DNA from: Anaeramoeba ignava BMAN | Taxonomy: Eukaryota > Protista > Anaeramoebae | DNA: 64,000 bases | Reading direction: 5' to 3' | Assembly (NCBI GenBank): GCA_028826165.1 | Contig: JAPDFW010000080.1 | Location: 1 to 64,000, forward strand | Shown: piece after piece, positions 12,724 to 24,500 of the stretch | How positions within the stretch are numbered: position 1 is the first letter of the stretch | Layout: each line of letters starts with the position of its first letter | Translations under genes and position numbers: made by a program | The notes under the pieces: model-generated | The model's database searches: none | Seen by the model: only the letters and a program-made list of their open reading frames with translations | Told to the model about the DNA's origin: nothing

Positions 12724-15700
12724 ATGGATCCAAAAATACAATCAAAAGTTGCTCATAAATGGGTTATTGAAAAGAAAATTGGAGCAGGATCTTTTGGAAT
12801 TATTTATCAAGCAAGAAATATATTTACACATGAACAAGTTGCAATAAAATTTGTAAAAAAAAAATTAAAAAAAAAAATTTTATAAAAATATCTTTTTTAA
12901 AAAAACTTAAATATAAATTCTTTCAAATATTTATATAGGAAAATATTAATACAAAACATCCACAATTAATATATGAAAGTAAAATATATCGTATTCTTTC
13001 TGGAGGAGTTGGGATTCCGTCTGTGAAATGGGTTGGAATTGATACAAGATATAATGTTATGGTTATGGATTTATTAGGTCCAAGTTTGGAAGATTTACTT
13101 AATTTTTGTTCTAGAAGATTTTCTCTTAAAACTGTTTTAATGATTGCAGATCAATTAGTAATATTTTTTTTTACAAATTTATAAATATGAATATAAATAT
13201 GAATATAAATATGAATATAAATATAAATATAAATATAAATATAAATATAAATATAAATATAAATCTGAATATAAATCTAAATATAAATCTAAATATAAAT
13301 ATAAATATAAATATAAATATAAATATAAATATAAATACAAATATAAATATAAATATAAATATTAATATAAATATAAATATAAATATAAATATAAATATAA
13401 ATATAATTAATATAAATATAAATCTAAATCTAAATATAAATATAAATATAAATATAAATATAAATAATATAAATATAAATACAAATATAAATATAAATAT
13501 AAATATAAATATAAATATAAATATAAATATAAATATAATTATAAATTATAAATATAAATATAAATATAAATATAAATATAAATATAAACATAAAATAAAC
13601 ATAAATATAACATAAATATAAATATAAATATAAAATATAAACATAAAATAAAATATAAACATAAAATATAAAAATAAAATAAAAACATAAAATATAAACA
13701 TAAATATAAATATAAATATAAATATAAATATAAATATAAATATAAACATAAAATAAAAATAAACATAAATATAAAAACATAAACATAAAATATAAACATA
13801 AATATAAAATATAAATATAAAATATAAAATATAACATAAATATAAATATAAATATAAATATAAATATAAATATAAATATAAATATAAATATAAATATAAA
13901 TATAAATATAAATATAAATATAAATATAAATATAAATTTAATTATAATTATAAATATAAATATAAATATAAATATAAATATAAACATAAATATAAATATT
14001 TGAAAATATAAACATAATTATAAATATAAATATAAAATATAAACATAAATATAAACATAAATATAAATATAAATATAAATATAAATATAAATATAAATAT
14101 AAATATAAATATAAATATAAATATAAATATAAATATAAATATAAATATAAATATAAATATAAATATAAATATAAATATAAATATAAATATAAATATAAAT
14201 ATAAATATAAATCTAAATATAAATATAAATATAAATATAAATATAAATATAAATATAATTATAAATATAAATATAAATATAAATATAAATATAAATATAA
14301 ATATAATTATAATTATAAATATAAATATAAATATAAATATAAATATAAATATAATTATAATTATAATTATAAATATAATTATAAATATAAATCTAAATAT
14401 AATTTAAATTCAAATCAAATTTAAAATTTAAAGCTTTGCAGAATTGAATATATTCACTCAAGAAGTTTTATTCATCGAGATATTAAACCTGAAAATTTTT
14501 TAATGGGAACTGGTAAAAAAGGAAATCAAATTAGTGTTATTGATTTTGGTTTAGCAAAGAAATTTAGAGATGCAAGAACTCATCAACATATTATATATAG
14601 AGATAATAAAAAATTAACAGGAACAGCAAGATATGCATCAGTTAATACACATTTAGGAATTGGTAAAATATAAATTCAAAATCAAAATCAAAATTAAAAT
14701 TAAAATTGAAATTAAAATTGAAATTAAAAATTGATTAATTTTTAGAACAAAGTCGAAGAGATGATTTAGAAAGTGTTGGATATGTTCTACTTTATCTTCT
14801 TCGTGGAAATTTACCTTGGCAAGGTCTTCCAGCAGGAAATCAAAAAGAAAAATATGATAGAATAATTGAAAAGAAAATATCAACAACAATAGAAGAATTA
14901 TGTGAAGGATATCCAGGTATTTTTCTTTAAAAATAGAAATGAAAGAAATTTTATAAAATAATATTTTAATTTATTTTTTAGTTGAATTTTCAACTTATTT
15001 AAAATATACAAGAGATTTAAATTTTAATGAATCACCTGATTATTCTTATTTAAGAAGCCTTTTTAGAGATCTTTTTATTCGTGAAGGATATGTTTATGAT
15101 TATTTTTATGATTGGACAATACAAGCAAAAGTAGATATTCTTTTATAAATTTTATATTAAATTTTATATTAAATTTTATATTAAATTTTATATTAAATAT
15201 TATATTAAATTTTATTATAAATTTTATATTAAATTTTATATTAAATATTATATTAAATTTTATATTAAATTTTATTTTAAATATTATTATAAATTTTATT
15301 ATAAATTATTATAAATTTTATTTTAAATATTACATTAAATATTATATTAAATTTTATATTAAATATTATATTAAATTTTATTTTAAATTTTATATTAAAT
15401 ATTATATTAAATTTTATATTAAATTTTATATTAAATTTTATTTTAAATTTTATTATAAATTTTATATTAAATATTATATTAAATTTTATATTAAATTTTA
15501 TTATAAATTTTATTATAAATTATTATAAATTTTATTTTAAATATTACATTAAATATTATATTAAATTTTATATTAAATATTATATTAAATTTTATATTAA
15601 ATTTTATATTAAATTTTATTTTAAATTTTATATTAAATTTTACATTAAATATTATATTAAATTTTATTATAAATTTTATTTTTAAATTTTATATTAAATA

Positions 15701-16687
15701 TTATATTAAATTTTATATTAAATTTTATTATAAATTATTATAAATTTTATTTTAAATATTATATTAAGTTTTATATTAAATATTATATTATATTTTATAT
15801 TAAATTTTATTTTAAATATTATATTAAATTTTATATTAAATATTATATTAAATTTTATTTTAAATTTTATATTAAATTTAATATTAAATTTTATATTAAA
15901 TTTTATATTAAATTTTATTATAAATTTTATATTAAATTTTATATTAAATTTTATTTTAAATTTTATATTAAATTTTATTTTAAATTTTATTATAAATTTT
16001 ATTATAAATATTATATTAAATTTTATATTAAATTTTATATTAAATTTTATTTTAAATTTTATATTAAATTTTATATTAAATTTTATTTTAAATTTTATTA
16101 TAAATTTTATATTAAATTCTTTAAAGATGGAAGAATCAAATTTAATCGAAAATATTATTAGAGATGATAACCAAAATGAAAATGAAAATGAAAATGAAAA
16201 TAGAGAAATTCAACAAGAAAAAGTTCGAAAAAGAATTACAAAACCAAATGTAAAACAATTTCTCGAAGAAAATTCACGAATTCGAGAAATACAAATTGAG
16301 AAGAAAAGAAATGCAAACAAAGCTTTATTTACAAATCATTTCCATGATTTAATTGATACTTTTGAATTTGATAATTTTGATAATCAAAAAATTTCAAATA
16401 CTTTTTTTTCAGCTTTTAATAACCCAAAAATTGAAATGGCAATTAATTCTAATTTAGAAAAAGAAAATAATCAATTAATTACACCTTCAAATGATCCAAA
16501 AAATTGGAATCAAGAAAAAATTCAAATTCAACCTTTTCAAAGATTTCCCAGAATTTCAATTGATTTTAAACCATCTAATATTGAAAAAAATACACAAAAA
16601 GAATATTTTATTGTAAATCAAGATGAAAAAAAGAAATCTAATGTATCTCGATATTTATCTCTTCCAAATCTTAAGAGTAAAATATAA
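12724..16687 (+). CDS. CK1: Casein kinase 1 (CK1 family); 6 exons
   Basis: [84 protein letters not shown]. Large introns at 13158-14433 and 15131-16126. Confidence 0.96.
13180..14400. repeat. (ATATAA)n microsatellite in CK1 intron 2
   Basis: Visible hexamer array with ATAAAC and ATCTAA variants. Confidence 0.95.
15140..16115. repeat. 12-nt minisatellite (TTTTATATTAAA) in the last CK1 intron
   Basis: Visible tandem array. Confidence 0.95.
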
Positions 16688-16992
16688 TTAATTAATTTTT
16701 TATTAAATTTTTTATTAATTATTAAATTTTTTAATTTTTTAGTTTCAAGAAAATAGGCTTTTAAATTATTTAGTTTCCATTTTTTTATCTTCCATTTTAT
16801 TTAAAAAAGAAAAAACAGAAAAAGTTTTAATTGTTTGTTCACAATTTTTTATTATTATTTTTAATTTAGTTTCAATTATTTTTGATTTTACTTTTGAAAA
16901 GAATTTGGAACAAAAAAAAATAAAAAATAAAAAAATAAAAATCATTTTTTTCCTTTTTCTTTTCTTTTAAATAAAAAAAATATAAAAAAAAA

Positions 16993-19900
16993 ATGAAATT
17001 TGAATTTTCAATTTCATTAAAATATTTTTTAATTTTAATAATAATTTTAAAATTTATAAACTCTTCGCATACAATTAATTTTGATGATGAAATTTATACC
17101 CAATATTCACCTTTTGCAGCTTTTAGAATTTTAGATAAAACAAGTATTTTTGGAACAACTTCACCTTTTAAACCTTCTTCGGGTCAACTTTATCTTGTAG
17201 AAACTGAAGCAGATCTTACAAAACTTTTAAATGATAATCCAAGTCATACACTTGTTGTGGTTATTGATACCGCTGTTTATAACAAGTAAATTTATTTTAT
17301 ATTTATTTACAAATTTTATTTTACATTTATAAACAAAATCTATTTTACATTTGTAAACAAATTTATTTACAATTTATAATTAAAATATTAAAATAAATAT
17401 TAAAATAAATATTAAAATAAATATTGAAATAAATATTGAAATAAATATTAAAATAAAAATTAAAATAAATATTAAAATAAATATTAAATTAAATATTAAA
17501 ATAAATATTAAAATATTAAAATAAATATTAAATTAAAATTAAATTAAAAATTAAATATTAATATAAATATTAAAATAAATATTAAAAATAAATATTAAAA
17601 TAAATATTAAATTTAATATTAAAATAAATATTAAAATAAAATTAAAATAAATATTAAAATAAATATTAAAATAAAATAAATATTAAAATTAAATATTAAA
17701 ATAAATATTAAAATAAATATTAAAATAAATGAAATAAATATTAAAATAAATATTAAAATAAATATTAAAATAAATATTAAATAAATATTAAAAATAAATA
17801 TTAAAATAAATATTAAAAATAAATATTAAATTAAATATTAAAATAAATATTAAAATAAATATTAAATTAAATATTAAAATAAATATTAAAAATAAATATT
17901 AAAATAAAATATTAAAATCAAAATATTAAAATAAATATTATTAAAATAAATATTAAAATAAATATTAAAATAAATATTAAAATAAATATTAAAATAAATA
18001 TTAAAATAAATATTAAAATAAATATTAAAATAAATATTAAATAAAATAAATATTAAAATAAAATATTAAAAATTAAAAATATTAAAATAAATATTAAAAA
18101 ATAAATAAATATTAAAATAAATATTTAAAATTAAAATATTAAAATAAATATTAAAAATAAATATTAAAATAAATATTAAATTAAATATTAAAATAAATAA
18201 AAAAAATATTAAAATTAAATATTAAAATAAAATTAAATATAAAATAAAATATTAAAATAAATATTAAAATAAATATTTAAAATTAAATATTAAAATAAAA
18301 TTATAAATATTAAAAATATTAAAAAAAATTAAAATAAAAATATTAAAATTCAAAAAAATATTTAAAAAATATAAAAAATATTAAAATAAATTAAATATTA
18401 AAATAAATATTAAATTAAATATTAAATTAAATATTAAAAATAAATATTAAAATAAATATTAAAATAAATATTAAAATAAATATTAAAATAAATATTAAAT
18501 AAAAAATAAATATTAAAATAAATAAAAAATTAAAAATTAAAATTAAATATTAAAAAATAAATATAAAAAAATAAAAATTAAATTAAAAATTAAATATTAA
18601 AATAAATATTAAAAATAAATATTAAAATTAAATATTAAAATAAATATTAAAATATTAAAATAAATATTAAAATAAATAAAATTAAAAAAATATTAAAATT
18701 AAATAAATATTAAAATAAATATTAAAATAAATATTTAAATAAATATTAAAATATATAAAATAAATAAAATAAATATTAAAATATTGAAATAAATATTAAA
18801 ATAAATATTAAATTAAATATTAAATTAAATATTAAATTAAATATTAAACTAAATATTAAAATAAATATTAAAATAAATATTAAAATAAATATTAAAATAA
18901 ATATTAAAATAAATATTAAAATAAATATTCATAAAAATATTAAAATATTAAAATCAAAATAAATATTAAAATATTAAAGAGATAATCTCGAAAAATTGGT
19001 GGATAAATTAAAACTGGCAGGAATAATCGTAATCGGGGGAACAATACCAGCAACAGGATTTTCACCAGAGAAGGTGTATCCCGATCGAGAAGCAGACATG
19101 TGCCTTCACCCCAACAGCGACTACATTTGGAATCCATATGGAACATCACTTTTATACGAACGATTCTACATTCCAATAGTATATTTACTATTAGAAACAG
19201 AAAGCGAGAAAATGCGCGAACTGGCAAGAGCCAACGTAGAATCAGACAAGTATCCGAAGAACGGAGCTGATTTCCAGATGTTTATGGAAGCCTCAATTGA
19301 CTCGAAAGTGTGTCTTCGAAGAGAAACATGCGATCCAATTGGCGGTGAAAGCGTATGGGGTTTTCTTGGTGGGGTACAGAACCAGTCAAGACCGTACATA
19401 TTACTTCAAACATCATTAGATTCTCGCTCTTTTTTCCCAGGGTTCTCGCCAGGTGGTGACTTCCCTTCATCGGGAATAGTTACCCTCATAGCCGCCTTAG
19501 ACGCTCTCCTCAAATTCGCTGCAAATGACACTGACGCCTTTTACCAATCGCTCCAGCGAGATATAATGTTTGCGTTTTGGGAGAGCGAGAGTTTCGGAAA
19601 AGTGGGTTCCAGAAAGTTCATTTCTGACGTGCTGTCGTTTACTTGCGACCAATGGACAAATGAATGGAAAACTCAATGTGATGATCCAAAACGATCCTCA
19701 ATGGCGTTCAAGTCGGTAAACCTCAGCAATATCGCTTTCATCGTCGAACTCGGACAGACAGGTCTCTACGACAACATATCTAATTATGCCTTCAAATCAA
19801 ATGGCTATCTCCACTACGAGTACGACAACCCAGAAAATGTTCCACTTTCTGATTCTTTTATAAATTTAACGGATTTTTCCAATTCTCAAGGTCTCAACAT

Positions 19901-20690
19901 CTCCCATCTCGAGAAATCCGACCCAGCCACACCAGGTCTCCCTCCATCTTCTGCTGAGACTTTCATCTCCTTACTCGGCACACAAATCCCTGCCATCCTC
20001 ATCTCAGATTTCAACCAAAATTACACTAACAAATACTACTCAAGTATTTTTGATAACGTCCAAAATTTGGATCTCGACCAACTCCAAGGAATCGCAACAG
20101 CAACTGCGAGAATCGCCTATGCAGAAGCCACACAAACACTTCCTGAGAACGTTCCACTTGAAATTGTTGCAGATCAAGCGCTCATTTCACAACTGGTTGA
20201 CTGTTTTGTCGGAACAACTTATTGTGATCTTTTCCAAAATTTTTTGGGATCAATTTCAGGAACTTATTTCTCTTCAAATTATCCCGGTATTTATGCAACA
20301 GACACCATATCAATCCACTCCAAATTCATCCGCGATTTCATCACAAACTCAACAAACTCAACTTGCGATCCAAATTACTGCACAACCGACGAGGATTGCA
20401 ACTCGGCTCTCCAAGTTTGTGTCAACTACGCTTGCCATTCAATAACTGCTTACTTCCATCCTGCTTATTCTAACGGTGTTGAATACGATCCTGATAACGA
20501 TAAGTTCAATATCGTCGATTTTGGTCTCGACCATCTTTGGACTGAAAGTCGTTGGGAAGGAATCGAATTGAGAAGCTTCCAAATCAATAATCCTTCTATT
20601 AATGCTGCAATGCTTGTTGGTGGTATCTTATTGTTTCTTTTATATTATTTTTTGATTTGGATCCAAAAAAAGAAATCTTTTTTTTTCTAA
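16993..20690 (+). CDS. NCSTN: Nicastrin (gamma-secretase subunit); exons 16993-17285 and 18980-20690, about 667 aa
   Basis: Signal peptide; WNPYGTSLLYERF; CLRRETCDPIGGESVW; LDSRSFFPGFSPGGD; ESESFGKVGSRKF (DYIGS-equivalent); PGLPPSS; NKYYSSIFDN; WTESRW; C-terminal TM helix. The splice at 17286(GT)-18979(AG) restores the frame. Confidence 0.93.
17380..18975. repeat. 12-nt minisatellite (AAATATTAAAAT) filling the 1.7-kb nicastrin intron
   Basis: Visible tandem array. The same unit recurs in the CstF-64, F-box and last myosin introns. Confidence 0.95.
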
Positions 20691-20826
20691 TTCTCTTTTT
20701 TTTTCTTTCTTTTCTTTTGAAATTTTGAAGAAATTTTGAAGAAATGGAACAATCAAATTTATTCAATTCACATTTTCATTTTCATTTTCATTTAATTTTC
20801 AATTAATTTTATTTTTGAATTTTAAG

Positions 20827-21348
<522 letters not shown>

Positions 21349-21502
21349 AATTCAAAATAAAATCTAAAATATAAAAATAATTTCGTTTTTGATTTTGATT
21401 TTGATTTTGATTTTATTGAAATTGTTTTGAAAGAAAAAGAAATCAAAAAGAAAATCAAAATGAAAATCAAAAAGAAAATCAAAAAGAAAAGGAAAAAGTG
21501 AT

Positions 21503-24500
21503 TCAATTTTTTTGTAATTTTTCTAAAGCCCATTTTCCTTTTTCTTGAATTTTTTGATTATTTGGGAAATTATTCATTGCTTTTTTGATAGATTCAATTC
21601 CATTAAAATTTCTTATTTCAATTTGGTTTTCTATTTTAATATTTTTATTTTTGAAAATAAATTTGAAATTGATTAATTTTTTTTTTGATTTTAATTAATA
21701 ATTAATAATTATTTATTTATTATTTTGTAAATTTATTTAATTTTGATTTATTTTTTGTAATTATTTTTTGGTATTTTTTGATTTAATTTTTAATTTTGAA
21801 TTTCAATAAAAAAAATGGAAAATAAATAATTTTAATTTTTATTTTTTAATTTTTTATTTACCATTATTATTAACAGCAATATTCCATAAAGCTCTACATC
21901 CTTTTTTTTGAATATTTTGATTATTTGGGAAATTATTCATTGCTTTAATAATAGGTTCAATTCCTTTTAAATTTCTTATTTCAATTTTGTTTTCTATTTT
22001 AATATTTTTATTTTTGAAAATAAATTTGAAATTGATTAATTTTTTTTTTTGATTTTAATTAATAATTAATAATTATTTATTTATTATTTTGTAAATTTAT
22101 TTAATTTTGATTTATTTTTTGTAATTATTTTTGGTATTTTTTGATTTAATTTTTAATTTTGAATTTCAATAAAAAAAATGGAAAATAATTTTTTTTATTT
22201 TTTATTTACCATTATTAACAGCAATATTCCATAAAGCTCCACATCCTTTATATTGAATATCTTGATTATTTTGGAAATTATTCATTGCTTTAATAATAGG
22301 TTCAATTCCTTTTAAATTTCTTATTTCAATTTTGTTTTCTATTTTAATATTTTTATTTTTGAAAATAAATTTGAAATTGATTAATTTTTGATTTTAATTA
22401 ATAATTAATAATTATTTATTTATTATTTTGTAAATTTATTTAATTTTGATTTATTTTTTGTAATTATTTTTGGTATTTTTTGATTTAATTTTTAATTTTG
22501 AATTTCAATAAAAAAAATGGAAAATAAATAATTTTATTTATTTTTTATTTTTATTTACCATTATTAACAGCAATATTCCATAAAGCTCCACATCCTTTAT
22601 ATTGAATATCTTGATTATTTGGGAAATTATTCATTGCTTTAATAATAGGTTCAATTCCTTTTAAATTTCTTATTTCAATTTTGTTTTCTATTTTAATATT
22701 TTTATTTTTGAAAATAAATTTGAAATTGATTAATTTTTTTTTTGATTTTAATTAATAATTAATAATTATTTATTTATTATTTTGTAAATTTATTTAATTT
22801 TGATTTATTTTTTGTAATTATTTTTTGGTATTTTTTGATTTAATTTTTGATTTTAAATTTCAATAAAAAAATGGAAAATAAATATTTATTATTTATTTTT
22901 TATTTTTTATTTACCATTATTAACAGCAATATTCCATAAAGCTCTACATCCTTTATATTGAATATCTTGATTATTTTGGAAATTATTCATTGCTTTAATA
23001 ATAGGTTCAATTCCTTTTAATTTTCTTATTTCAATTTTGTTTTCTATTTTAATATTTTTATTTTTGAAAATAAATTTGAAATTGATTAATTTTTTTTTTG
23101 ATTTTAATTAATAATTAATATTTATTTATTTATTATTTTGTAAATTTATTTAATTTTGATTTATTTTTTGTAATTATTTTTTGGTATTTTTTGATTTAAT
23201 TTTTAATTTTGAATTTCAATAAAAAAAATGGAAAATAAATAATATTTTTTATTTTTAATTTTATTTACCATTATTATTAGCAATATCCCCTAAAGCTCCA
23301 CATCCATTTTCTTGAATATCTTGATTATTTTGGAAATTATTCATTGCTTTAATAATAGGTTCAATTCCTTTTAAATTTCTTATTTCAATTTTGTTTTCTA
23401 TTTTAATATTTTTATTTTTGAAAATAAATTTGAAATTGATTAATTTTTTTTTTGATTTTAATTAATAATTAATAATTATTTATTTATTATTTTGTAAATT
23501 TATTTAATTTTGATTTATTTTTTGTAATTATTTTTGGTATTTTTTGATTTAATTTTTAATTTTAAATTTCAATAAAAAAAATGGAAAATAAATAATATTT
23601 TTTATTTTTAATTTTATTTACCATTATCATTGAAAGAAATAACCCATAAAGCTCTACATCCTTTATATTGAATATCTTGATTATTTTGGAAATTATTCAT
23701 TGCTTTAATAATATGTTCAATTCCTTTTAAATTTCTTATTTCAATTCTGTTTTCTATTTTAATATTTTTATTTTTGAAAATAAATTTGAAATTGATTAAT
23801 TTTTTTTTTGATTTTAATTAATAATTAATAATTATTTATTTATTATTTTGTAAATTTATTTAATTTTGATTTATTTTTTGTAATTATTTTTTGGTATTTT
23901 TTGATTTAATTTTTGATTAATGATTAATAAATAAAAATAGATTATTTTTTATTTTTTTATTTTTTATTTACCATCATTAACAGCAATAATCCATAAAGCT
24001 CCACATCCTTGATATTGAATATCTTGATTATTTTGGAAATTATTCATTGATTTAATAATAGGTTCAATTCCTTTTAAATTTCTTATTTCAATTTTGTTTT
24101 CTATTTTAATATTTTTATTTTTGAAATAAATTTGAAATTGATTAATTTTTTTTTTTGATTTTAATTAATAATTAATAATTATTTATTTATTATTTTGTAA
24201 ATTTATTTAATTTTGATTTATTTTTTGTAATTATTTTTGTATTTTTTGATTTAATTTTTAATTTTTAATTTTTAATTTCAAAAAAAAAATGGAAAATAAA
24301 TAATTATTTTTTATTTTTTATTTTTTATTTACCATCATTAACAGCAATATTCCTAAAGCTCCACATCCTTGTTTCTTGAATATCTTGATTATTTTGGAAA
24401 TTATTCATTGCTTTAATAATAGGTTCAATTCCTTTTAAATTTCTTATTTCAATTTTGTTTTCTATTTTAATATTTTTATTTTTGAAAATAAATTTGAAAT

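Noticed and set aside
18940-20445. Antisense and alternative-frame ORFs over nicastrin exon 2
   Set aside because: They are expected by chance in the higher-GC exon and carry no recognisable motifs.
24333-24461. Compensated +1/-1 frameshift in one ARM exon, giving QETRMWSFRN
   Set aside because: Both indels lie in short homopolymers (AAA, GG) and correct to an EQGCGALGN variant similar to another exon. Likely a consensus error, though raw reads should be checked.
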